From contig CM060731.1 in the NCBI GenBank assembly GCA_030704615.1, forward strand, positions 7,192,001 through 7,256,000: a DNA stretch of 64,000 nt, in the 5' to 3' direction. The notes below the pieces were generated by a model. The model did not search any database, was not told where the DNA came from, and saw only the letters and a list, made by a program, of their open reading frames with translations. Each line of letters opens with the position of its first letter. The first letter of the stretch is position 1. Source of the DNA: Takakia lepidozioides (lineage: Eukaryota > Plantae > Bryophyta). Below are positions 52,755 to 64,000 of this stretch, one piece after another. Made by a program: the position numbers and the translations under genes.

Positions 52755-55700
52755 ATGACGAGGCGTCGTTTGTTGGAGAACACAGGGCCAAGGCAGCAGG
52801 TGAACGCGGAGACTGATTCACAAGAGCAGACGGAGACTGAGGCAGCGGCTGCGACACAGTCGGCGATAAGAGTGCGCCAGCCTGTGGAGGCAGAGATGAA
52901 TCGCAGGGACACTGAAGAAGGTGGAAGCACGCGGAACGCCGAACCTGAAGAAGGTCAAGAAACCCTTGCGCAGACAGAAACTCCAGCAGATGTGAGAGGG
53001 AAGAGGAAAGCTGCAGAAGGGGATCAAATTTCAAAACCTAAGAAGGTGCCAGTAAGTTTTATCATATAGTCTGTGTGATTGCCTTTCAAGGAGTCCTTCC
53101 TCTTCCATTCTTTAGCAGGAACTACTGAATCGCGAGCGTCGTTAACGCCATTCGATTCTGCTCATGAGATTTATGTACCTATGTGTTTGAAGAGAGAGTC
53201 TGCACTTACTATTCTCCCTAAACTACACTGAATGTCGTTGCCGCCAATCAGTTGCACATATATGTCATTACACAACACCGATCCGGCAGGTTGTTATCTT
53301 TTGTGATTGTCGTTAACGCCGTTCGCTATCGCTCTCACTTTTGTTTTGAATACGGCAGTCTCGGCTTTGCATGTGTAGATTGTGCTGAATTCTTTCACAC
53401 CATTCATGGTGAGTTTCCTTGATACAGAGTGATTGTCGTTACCGCCATTCACTATTTGCAAATCACTTAGTCAGAACTGAATGGCATCGTGCAGAAAACT
53501 GTGAGGTCGAAGCCTACAGGATCAGAGGGGAAAGGATCTGGAGATGGGGACGAGTCCGCAAAAAGCTCAGAGAATACAGATGAAGCAGATGAATCCGAAG
53601 TGCACTACCTTGACAAGGTGAAAGAACTCATGTCATTCCAGAAGGTAAACTCTCAGGAGGTTATAAGGGACATGCTCGTATCTGGAGGGCGTCTGGACAT
53701 ACCTCTGTGCCGGATGATATCAATGCCTGTTGTGCGTCCACCTCTTTCCCATGACATAACAAAATTGGAGAGTGATTTTGTGCATGGATATAGACTTGGT
53801 GCACAAGTTTTTTATGTGTCACTGACGGATATAAATGGGAAAAGCACATTAGTTTCTCCAGAGATCAGTGATAACTGGGATGAGTGCTGGAAAGATGCCA
53901 ATGAGGAGTTCGAGCTGGGCCTCATGATGGGAAAGAACACCCAGCAATTTTGCAACCACATGTTCTACGTCTGGGACGGCAACCACCGATTGCTGGCATG
54001 GATGGGATACATTCAGAAACACCATTCGAAAGACAAAGACAAGCATGTTGCTGTGGAGGCAATGGTTTTGGATCCAGGAAACGACATCGCTAGGCTTCTT
54101 ACAGCTATGCACGACGTGAACAAGTAAGTCATCCAGGAGATTTCATTCCCTCTGTAGTGTCTTGTTGATCCTCAAAAAACAGTGTTAAGGAATGCAATGT
54201 TTTCAATGTTTTTGCAGATCGACAGAGAAATCGCATGTGACAACAAGCTTGGTTCACACACTATTCCGAATTCAGAGGATTGGTCTGATGAAGCTGGATG
54301 ATTTTCGGACAGTACTACCACCCAATATCATCAAGAAGTGCGAAACAGGAAGAGCTGCAGGCACTTGGTATTCTTTGACACGAGAGGCGTTTCTGGAGTA
54401 CATGTATGCGGTAAGCCCGAGTCTGTAATCTGTTTACTTTTCGAATACATGTTTAGAGTCCCTTCGGAGCTAATCACTACTTGAATGAATGCAGCAAGAA
54501 CTGGCAGAGGCAGCTGAGAAGGGAAAATCCGAATATTACCGCACTACACCAGAGGAACTAAGGACATCAAAGGGTGTGGAAGCTGCAATAAAGAAGGAGT
54601 TTGAGATGCGAAGAACCAAATTGATGTCAGCCTTCGGAAAGCAGCTTAGAATAGTAGATCCTGGACTTGGTCCTGAGTTCCTTCAGCAGATCAAAACACA
54701 CTATGACAAGCATGTGCATCCGGAGATGCAGCAGGAGAAATTGCACCGGCTGGCCATATCGATGGTCGACCCACAAACAAAAATAAGGTGGCTGGAGATA
54801 TGGAACTCAGATCAAACAGTAAAGGACTTGAATCAGTTCCCAAAGAGCACCATACAGCCTGGCACAAAGGTGGAAGGAATCATGATTTGGTGTTTGATAA
54901 CTGGCTCCACAAGGCTACATTTTGGAGTCAGGTGTGTATTCGAACATGCTGTTTCTTCTCTTCAAGTATGTGATGTGTTTCTTTTTTGCAATTCTGACAA
55001 ATATACTATTTGCAGCTCGAAAAGCGCGCCGTCATTGTGCTGGATCAGACTTTGAAGGACCTGAACATTGCGATTGTTTCCCCTCCCCAAATGTCATTGG
55101 AGGCATACATAAGGAAGTGGAGAGGTCTCACCTGGAGATACTGTTTTTTCCGGGAGTTCTCCAAAGATGGTAACATTTTACGGTCCAACGACTTTGACAG
55201 TCAGGTTGGAGGAGAGTGGGCCATGATGCGAGTTGTGTACAGGTGAAATGTCATACTTGAAACTCTACTGTTTTTTTGGGAAAAATTGTGGCTTCATATG
55301 GATTGCAATCTTAGATCCAGATTGAATGTCGTTGACGACATTCACTTCTTTGTCTGAGTCATTCTTAAGCGAGTATATGAGTTCACCTGGTTAGGATCTA
55401 AGGGTGCAATTATATTGTCCCTGATTAGAATTGATAATGTCCTTGAATGGCGTTGAGTCACATACGGAGTTGTTGTGTGGTCCTCAAGGTTATTTAAATT
55501 TTTGTAATGTCCATAGAGGTTACAATGAGGGTTGATCACTTCATTTTGCTGAATGTCAATGCAGACATTCAGTTGTTCTGCATTGTTTTTTCCTCTTGCG
55601 ATGAATATGGAGGCTTGATAAGCTCTGTTTTAAGAAATCCAAAGTGAATGTCGTTGACGACATTCACAGCTGTGTCTGTATTATTCAAAAGCGACAAATT

Positions 55701-58055
55701 CAATTTTCATGGATTGGGGAGCTAAGTAATTGGTTTCTTTTTTGTATTTTTGTGAATGGCGTTGACGCCATTCACATACAGTGATGTTGTGAGGTCCTCA
55801 GTGATAGGTTCGTTATGAATGTGCATTGAGTTTTCCTGGATGGTTCCTTACTCAATTTTTTTATTTCCATCCTGTGATTTTGCTTCATTTCAGTAATAAT
55901 TTGGCTTCATTCTTGAATGTCGTTGACGACATTCACTTCTATGTCTGTGTCATTTCTAATCGCTTATTTGCATTCACCTGGATTAGGATGTATTTACAGT
56001 GTCATGGAATGGAATGTTCTGAATGGCGTTGACGACATTCATATCTGGAGCAGTAGTGTGGTCCTGAAAGGTCCTTGGAGCAGTTGTCAGAGCCATTTCA
56101 ATCCATGTTTTATTCTTTCTGTTCTACTTGCATCTTACTCACTGAGCGCTTTTGTGGGTTGGGATTCATCTCCTTTTTTCAGGTACACGAAATATGTGCT
56201 TATGGAAGGAAATCACCTGAGCGGAATTCCCGACTATCTTGACATGTGGTCGGACCCTGCAAACGATCCAACCATGTATACTGCAGGGATATTGAAGGAC
56301 TGGAGTCCTTCTCACTTCAGAGACTGTGGGTGGTACCTTGACTGCCCACCTGAGCACACGACCTTTCAAGAACAGCATATGAAATACTTGAACAATAACG
56401 CTGAGATGCTGGCGCCTTTGACTGACGAAGAGTATCAACGAAACATAGCAACCTTGGCTGCCAAGGAGCCTGATGCTCAGGGAACGCCGCAGAAGGGAAA
56501 GAAGGCGGGCCGCAAACCAAAAGACAAGGCTGTTGATGTCATAGCCATCTCACCAGCAAAGCCAAAGGACAAAGACAAGTCCAAAGAGAAGGAAAAGGAC
56601 AAGGGGAAGGAGAATGAAAATGAGATGGAGAGTGGGCAGGACTTTAGTGCTAGAAGATATACCCGCACTCTTCAGTGCGTGTTCGATGCCAAGCCACACC
56701 CTTCCCGTTCTGATTCAGCAGGAGAGATGAAAATTGTTAATGAGGGTTGGCTTTCGATGATGCAGAGTCGAAAGAGAGGATACACTGGGGTGCCATCCCC
56801 TACCTGGGACAATATAATCTCATTCCTCAATCTGGTGAGAATTCCAGTTTCTTTCCTTTTTCTCTGAATGTTTCGTTGGCAGTATTTCAGTCTCGTTCTT
56901 TGAAAACATTCTTGCCATCGTTCTTATAAAAAACATGTCTGTTGCAGGTGAGCACAGGTCCCCCTTCGTGTGCGGTGTGCAGAAAACTTATGCGGCCGAC
57001 ATTGTCATTCTCGACATCCCGGATGGCCAGGCTGTGCCAGAAGTTCTTCCAAAGGGCAAGACGCCAGGGTGGAACAAATTCGAGGACAACTACTGGAGTT
57101 GGGTATTCGGGTTCTGTAACAATTTCCTCTCTGATGCAGGGACACTTCTGCTTTTTCAGTCATGTGACAATGATAGTCGTCGGGCATTGGCATCATACCT
57201 CAAGTCTTCAGGGTTTGAAGTTTTGCGCACATGGAATTGTGTGAACAGCCTCTACCTTGTGAAAGGGGGTTTCCCTGGTCAGCTGGTATGCCGTCTGCCT
57301 TCTGCTTATGCTTTGATCATGAGTTTCAATTTTCTCTGCAGCTCCACTCTAGTAGAATGTTTTATGATCGACACCGATCATCAACGATTCATGGTTTTTT
57401 GGTGTCAGAGTTCTGAATAGCCGATGTACACACTTCCACTTTAGATTGTGTTTACCACACTAACCTGCTATCTTTGGCAGACGAGGATGTTCGAGGCGAT
57501 CTGCCTGCAGAGGATTCGCACATCAAAGACACCATCCTCCATCCGCAGCTTTGAGATTTCTGACCAGGGTTGTTTCGTCAACCCCCCCTATGAGCCCCAT
57601 GTCGATGACATTTTGTACAACTTCATGCAGTCCAGTCAGACTCTGAAGAGACCAGATGGCACTCCCTGGAGAGGTGCAAAGGAAAAGTCACCAGCATTCA
57701 TGCAAATACTGCTGGAGTCATGCAGCCACCGCTCTGCACGGGTGGTCGATCTTTCTGTATCCACAGGTTCGTTCTCTCCCTTCCGAATTGATTTTCTTTC
57801 ACCAGTTCCATCTGCTTAAATCCCCCCCACCAAACTGTTCATGTCCTCCTGTCTGGTGCAGGAGCAACTTACCACGCATGCAAGGCAGGCGGAAGAAGCC
57901 TTTTTGGTATGGAGGGTGATTCTGACCTCTACAACACAGTGCTCCTCCCCCTTTTGTCTGGCTCCACTTCAGGCACACAGACTGATCGGATTCATATTCG
58001 AAATGATGACGATCCCGAAGATAAGCAGGTCGACAACGACTTTTCATGTGAGTAA
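52755..58055 (+). CDS. Transposon cargo protein: ParB/Srx-like domain plus beta-class N4/N6 DNA-methyltransferase-like domain (9 exons, about 1084 aa, two -1 frameshifts)
   Basis: Exons 52755-53051, 53495-54123, 54218-54410, 54495-54931, 55016-55242, 56183-56834, 56948-57285, 57481-57766 and 57862-58055; splice phases are consistent once single-base gaps at about 54840 and about 56962 are allowed. YVWDGNHRLLA (DGNHR at 53975-53989). The C-terminal region reads DIVILDIPDG…FLSDAGTLLLF…EKSPAFMQILLESCS…VVDLSVSTGATYHACKAGGRSLFGMEGD. Confidence 0.75.
53137..53453. repeat. Four degenerate GAATGTCGTTGACGACATTC-type palindromes in intron 1 of the cargo gene
   Basis: Copies at about 53137, 53229, 53303 and 53428. 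Confidence 0.65.
55323..56041. repeat. Array of seven ~22-bp palindromes in intron 5 of the cargo gene
   Basis: Copies at 55323-55344, about 55444, 55549-55572, 55644-55667, 55751-55776, 55914-55935 and 56020-56041. They sit in a ~270-320-bp unit that repeats about 3 times. Confidence 0.85.
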
Positions 58056-59074
58056 GTGCTAAACCCTCTTTGGGAGTCATACTCAATTTCTCGATAACAT
58101 CAAAGTTACAGTAATAACTTTTTCAGGCTGTCTTTCAAGAAAGCCAGCGGTGGATCTTCAGGAGATACAGTCATTTCTGGCGAGTCTGTTTTCGACAGCC
58201 CCCTTTCCAATTTTCTGCTCCCTGTTTATGCCGAAGCAATGGCACTTCACGCGTCCGAGTCCCTATCCCCTGACTTTTTAGTGGCCAGCCGTAGGTGTAT
58301 CCAGCGTGGATCCGGTGTTCTAAAATACTTAGACTTAGATGCAGAGGAAGAGGGGATACATTGTACTGACTCTGAGTCAGACTGAACTGTATTCTTTTAA
58401 TATTCATTTTCATATTATCTGGAAAACGTTGAATCCCCTTACTCTACCGTAGTTGTTCCTTTAGAACAAATAATAATCACAGAATCAACTTTCGTTTAAA
58501 TTGCTATATGTATGAATCCATCTCACAAACCTTCCTGACTCTTCTCATATCCATTGTGCATTCATCTACACTGTATTCATGCGTGCTCCATTCATGAAAG
58601 CTTCCTTTGTACAACATCCATTGTATATTCATCCTCTGTACTCTTTAATCCACCCCACAAACCTTCCACACTCATTTCATATACTTTGTGCATTCGTCAA
58701 AAGATTTGGTCATGCATCTTCCTGTCATGAATTTTTGTCATTGCTCAACATCCATTATACATTCATCCATTTTACTCTTATCCATCCGTCATTCATCCAT
58801 CTACATAGATTTTTCAAACTCATCCATCTATTTATCATCCAACTGTACATTCATCCATCATTTATTCAATGTCTTTTATTATGTCGTCCAGCTTGTTTCC
58901 GCGGTAAAGGGTGCCAATCCGCGGGAATACACTCCACTTCTTTCTGGGTGCGTGGTGACTCGGCCTCCACGTGTGATGACGTGGACTGAGCCCCGTGACG
59001 TGGCATTTGCGCAAGGTGACGTGGCGTGAGCGCAGTCGCGCTCACGTGACTAGGCTCACGCCGAGGCATCCCTG

Positions 59075-59083
59075 CCTCCTGGC
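59075..59083 (+). repeat. Right target-site duplication CCTCCTGGC
   Basis: Identical to 47726-47734. Confidence 0.92.
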
Positions 59084-61133
59084 AGGCCTCTAGCAGATGG
59101 TTGGTCCAAGGCTATTGCCATAAATCCCCTGGGTCAGCTCTTTGGTCCTCTATATGGAAAGCCTGGAATTGCTTTAGGCCTTTTTTAAGGAAGCAAGAAC
59201 CTGTCTCCTTCCAAGAATGCTTAAGACAACACCTCTTCCTTAATACTCCAATTCCTACAATGGAAGAAAAGGGCCAGGCCAAATGATGGGCAGCATGGGA
59301 GACACGAGGATACTCCACCATCAAACACCTGTGGGAGAGCACCCTAGAGTCTCTGCAGGCAGCTCTTGGACATCAACGTCTTCAATCAGGCATCCCCCAT
59401 ATCATTCGTTCCATTCCAGACTTCTGGAAGCTACTGCTTAAAGACGGGCCCACACTACTGCAAGCCAATCAGTGGGTCCTCACTAAGCATCCTTCATCCT
59501 CGGTCCTATACCTCACTAAAGTCACCCGTTTCTCTATATCAGGCCACATTTTTCACCTGGATTCCTTCTTTGGGTCTCTTATGCTCTCTTCTGACCAGAC
59601 TGCCTCCTTCCCTCCTGGCTTTGCAACGCCAGCCAGAGTTTACCTTTGGTCTTCTAAACACCGAATCCAAAATCCAACAGCCCCCCGGGGAACCCCATCC
59701 TGCCATGGTTAAAGCAAAACTCTTTTGTTCTCATTGGGGGAGCAGATATATCTTCCCTTCAGCTGGATACATCAGCTGAATGGAAATGGGCCTTCGGCGA
59801 CAAGCTTGTACCCTTTTTCTCCTACTCAGCCAAAAAAGGTTACAGGGCCCTCTTAGGGTCTACTCCTCTCCACTCCAAATGGAATGACAGATGGTCTCAT
59901 GAAAACTTCAATGATGAAAACTGGAAGGTTATTTGGTCTCAAGTATGGAACAAGTCCAAACTAGCGAAGATCAGTGCCTTCTTGTGGCAAGTGGCGAACA
60001 GGGTCTTGAAAGTGGGGCAGTTTCTAAACTCTAGAGAGGCCTTACTCTGTCAATGCTGCTGCATAGGTACAATTGAATCACTGGAGCACTGCCTTATCTA
60101 CTGCACGGCCCCTAAGGCAATTTGGCCATTCATTCGTCGCTTCTACACATCCTAGGGCATTTTACCTTCTTCTACTGTGGCTACTCTCCTCAACTATGAC
60201 CAAAGGGGCAAATCTGAAGCCTTATCATGCCCGGTTTTCAAGTCCCTTAGAACCTCAACTTTATGGAACATTTGGAAATGCTGGTGTGACTGGACACTCA
60301 ACAAAGAAAACACCTCCATTTTCAGCCGTTCTGTCTTTGGTCTATTTTGATCTTACAATTGCAGCTAAAAAAGCTTGGGCGTTGCTATGTGCAAAGGTCG
60401 CCAAGAAGCCTCATCGCAAGCTTAGCCTCCTCCTGGCCTTCCGAGCAACGTGGGGAAAATCTGGGATCTTTTGTAGCTTCACTGATGATCTCGCTTGTAC
60501 TTGGACAGACAGAACCCCCCCCGGTTGGCAGGGACAACGAGCAAGCCTATTCGGTCTCCCCAGAATTTGACATATCGGATATCAATTGAAGGCACATCAG
60601 ACCTGCATCGGCAATGAGGCTACACTTCCACAAATATATAGTGTCCTGCTTAATCCCTACTTTTCACCTTCTTTCCCTCCTTTCTGGATCTTCTTCTACC
60701 TCCCTCTTCTATGAACTCTTCTCTCCCTCCCTGCTTATCTATCGCCAGTTCCACGCTATGCTAGACACCTAGGGTTGCACCGGTCACACTAAGCCGTTAT
60801 GGCCTTCTCCTTCCGGATGGGAGTTCACTTCCATTAGGGTCCCCTCTTCAATATAAAGAGGGTGATGCCGATGATGCCTACTGATGAATAGGAGTCTCTA
60901 TTGCTAGCTTATTTTCTAGCTAGGTGAAGTTTGGTTCTTCGTTACATGAATTGTAGCTTCAGGTCACATATCTGCGAGAACCCGGCATGGTCTCCATGTG
61001 AAAAGCCTTATGGCGGCCTTCGGGCAAACAAGGGTTTTAATTTTTTTTCCCTTCAATAATCTTCTCAATAAAGTTTTACCAGGGTCCTGATCCCTTTCCT
61101 TAATAATTTATTTAATTTTTATTTTAAAAAAAA
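59084..61133 (+). mobile_element. L1-type LINE ORF2, 3' part, with 3' UTR and A-rich tail
   Basis: Continues the 47323-47734 frame. Motifs SALWSSIWKAW and zf-RVT-like AKISAFLWQVANRVL…CQCC…ESLEHCLIYC. AATAAA near 61067 and an A-run at about 61126-61133. Confidence 0.85.
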
Positions 61134-62307
61134 CATTAACCTTAAATGGACATCAACTAATCGACAGTTTCTACCAACTAACTATCCGACAGCTTCTTGT
61201 ACGCGGCCTTGCAAGCCTGCTGTCCCATAAATGCAAAATATCTACCTTCTTGTAAGTTTGTTTGAACCTAAAATGGTGAGTGTGTGAGTTAGTGTGGGCC
61301 CATTTGCTTGTTATCATCTCGCGGAAAGGACTGCCACTTTTAGATACAAAAGTAGGTGTCCATTAAGGGAACTGTCCATTTAAGGTTCATCTCCCTTATA
61401 TACACTTTTGCATGCACTGCAAACTAGCCAAAAAACTTGGGAGCAAGGAGATTGAACTAGAGTACCAGTCTTCTTAAACATAGAAAAGTGAGATTTCCAC
61501 AGGCCTGATTTGCAAGCCTCTAACCGAAGACCTTACTCATCCACTCCCACAACCAATATAGACAGTAACAGTGTAGATATTATACTTTGGAGAAGGTTAC
61601 ACAAAGATTGCATTGAGACCAAGGAAATTCTGACCAAAGAATCACTTTGAAAGACATTTTATTCGCAACAATGAATCCTTGCCCTTCAAATCCTCATGTT
61701 GTGCCCATCATCAATTCGCCTTCCCACAGTACTTGAGCCAGCAACAGGGGACTTACTGTAGCAAAATAGATGAAGACATCCCAGCATTCTGGACCAATTC
61801 TGTTGGGAGACAAAGTGCTGCTGTCAGCAGCTTGTAAAATGGCCTGTCGGGTTATGTGTACACAGACATACTAAAACCAACAAACAGCTTCTGAAACAGA
61901 TCAGGCTTTGATGTGAGAGGTACATTATCAAGTATATACTACATACTAATTTGGCTTTAGGGTGATCATCTGACGTGAATTCCATCACATCTACTTCTCG
62001 GTTTACTATGTGATGGGAATTAGTGATACCCTGCAGGGGGCCTAAACCCTAAGAATAATCTGAAAAGATGGAATGAGACCTCAATGAAACCAAGTGCCGT
62101 CATCTTTACACATGAAACTAAGAATGTCAACATCTCTTTTACCACCATTGGAATAGCCATGAGTCCAGACTCTGGGGAATAGGAGCCTGCAAATACTCAT
62201 CGAACCAGAGCCAGCGACAAATAACCCCTTAAGCTCGAGCTTCCCTGGTGACACAACAATTCCTCGCGAAACAGAGAAAAAGGGTAATGGTAACAAGGTC
62301 AGCTGCC

Positions 62308-63770
62308 CTATGCCAGCAAGCTGAAGAAATTGTTTGCATAATGCATCGGCCTCACGTTGGGGTGTGGCTGCAAAGAGATAAACGAAACATCAGGAATTAG
62401 AACTTTCAACGACAAATGACTGACGGTATTCGCTGACTGTTGTACATAAACTCCCCAAATTACTACTCAGAGCAACCCCTCTCCCTGTTCTTTAGTCAGG
62501 GTGGTGAATTGCTACACCACCTCTATCAGGTAATATCCACAATGACCCTCGGAACTTGAGCAAAATGGAGATGGGCCTCCACATATATAATGGAATTTAT
62601 CTAGGAATAAGCTATTTTCTAGTCACCTCCCTTTGAGAACATCAGTGATTTTCTCACTGTTTGCCATGCTCTCCTTATGTACCCTACAAACTATAGATCC
62701 CTCCAGCCCTTGACACAGAAGAACATTACATTTTGATTGAGCACATCATAGCCAACACATAAATATTTCCCTTTGTCTACTCTTCTGACCAGTACTAATT
62801 CACAAAGACATACAGACATACCACAGCGCTGAATTTTGTGACCTCAGGCTTCAATTGGGGTGCCTCAAACCGGATAAATGCTCCTTTGTTGCCCATCTGT
62901 AAAGCCCCGTCACAAGAAGGGATGTTACCAAAAGAGGTATCTAGGGACAACAAGGCCCGTTAACGGCTGAAAGTACTTGCTTTCCACATGAGCTCCACTA
63001 TAATATTGATAGAAGGAAATTCTGAGTGTGACACCAAGTCTCTTGAGGCTGTCAAAAGAGGAAAAGTGGCAGCTCCACAATCTTTTTGCTTGCAAACTAA
63101 ACTACTTTCACCGAACATATACATAAGACTAGTTGACACTCATGGATAGCCTTATATACCTGGTCACAGTAGTTTGGAGCGGAGAAAACAGTAATAAGCT
63201 TTCCATCATGGTCTTCTTCATATCCTTCATCCTTCACCTCATGTGACCGGACCACCAGTTCTGATCCATCAAGGGCCCCCAAAGTTAATTCTTCTTGTAT
63301 GCAAAATGATTGTCACCTCCACATTTCCTGGACAAATTGAACTTGTGCAGATTTTATACTACATCTGAACCAGGATAGAAGACATCCACCATGGTAAAAG
63401 CCTCAATGTGACAACAGCCAAGGAGGATTTGCAGCAATATCTTCAAGACTTCCTGCATTAGTCTGAACATCGAAATGGCCCCATGCCACCATTGATTGCG
63501 GCTCACACAGTGAGACTCATGACCTGGGGTGTGGGTAGTATCCAACAAGGCATCCTATCTACAGGAAAAATTGTAACCTGGTGACTTAAATGGACAACTC
63601 ACAGAACTGGAGATGATAGAGACTGACAAGGGAAAGGATTTTACCAAGATTATTCTCTTGCAAAAAGCGGTGGGTCACATCGGATCCGAAGGCAACACCT
63701 ACTCCACGTTTGCTGGGAGCCCGGCCAAGGCCTGGGTGTGGATCACTCCATAGCAGCTCACACATTAAGC
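62308..63770 (-). CDS. PP5: Ser/Thr protein phosphatase 5, last four exons (gene continues beyond the window end)
   Basis: Exons 63770-63645, 63260-63160, 62896-62822 and 62367-62308 splice in frame: [11 protein letters not shown]…SKRGVG…[12 protein letters not shown]…[21 protein letters not shown]…[23 protein letters not shown]. This is the PP5-type C-terminus. Confidence 0.93.
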
Positions 63771-64000
63771 CTGCAGCACATCCACACAACCACAAAAGTT
63801 CATTGGCAAGAATGTCACCGATTGCACAAAAAAATAACTCCTTTAGCTGTACACACAATCTTCCACATCCATGTACATTGCTGGAGTAGGCACAGAGTGG
63901 CTGGTTCAACACCCAATAGGCAAATAACCCTTTCATAAACATAGAAGGAACATGCCTTCGCCAGAGGAAGTAGGATACCGGACGCCAAACATAAGAAAAC

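Larger units (their letters stand above)
47735..59074. mobile_element. 11,340-bp Mutator-like (MULE) DNA transposon with a divergent cargo gene
   Basis: Perfect 9-bp TSD and short imperfect TIRs sharing GGCGTGAGC…CACGTGAGCGCG. Removing the element and one TSD restores the LINE frame (…LQTTSW|QASSRWLVQG…). Encodes a MULE-type transposase. Confidence 0.92.

Noticed and set aside
55323-56041. CRISPR-like look of regularly spaced palindromic repeats
   Set aside because: The spacers are long (about 70-140 bp), variable and related to each other as a tandem unit. The array lies in a spliceosomal intron and there are no cas genes.
55917-56182. N-terminal part of the 316-aa ORF 55917-56867
   Set aside because: Intronic. 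The phase-consistent exon starts at the AG acceptor at 56182/56183.
37134-61397. Shared ~28-bp motif CTGTCCATTTA.GGTTCATCTCC at about 37138 and about 61372, with an inverted partial copy at about 61138
   Set aside because: Likely MITE ends, but matching complete termini and TSDs could not be established.

Overview
Eukaryotic, intron-containing, repeat-rich plant DNA. It is most likely a non-seed land plant (moss-like bryophyte or similar); this is an inference from the PPR-DYW gene, TE types and intron style. Host genes: a 4-exon class-3 lipase (8611-10792, +), a decayed PLS-E-DYW PPR gene (11732-14009, -), a 4-exon class III peroxidase with a Gly/Pro-repeat N-terminal extension (40170-42088, +) and the last four exons of a PP5 Ser/Thr phosphatase (62308-63770, -). 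The rest is mostly transposon DNA. There are two inverted copies of a decayed DDE (Sola-like) DNA transposon, one with a divergent FCP1/NIF-like phosphatase gene beside it, plus L1-type LINE remnants. The highlight is an 11.3-kb Mutator-like element (47735-59074) inserted into a LINE ORF2 with a perfect 9-bp target-site duplication. It encodes a GCM-like/DDE/SWIM transposase (-) and, divergently, a 9-exon gene of about 1084 aa. That gene fuses a ParB/Srx-like domain (DGNHR) to a bacterial-type beta-class N4/N6 DNA-methyltransferase-like domain, and its introns carry an array of about 11 related palindromes. This looks like a candidate transposon-encoded DNA-marking or anti-silencing system. 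Domain calls come from reading motifs by eye; no searches were run.
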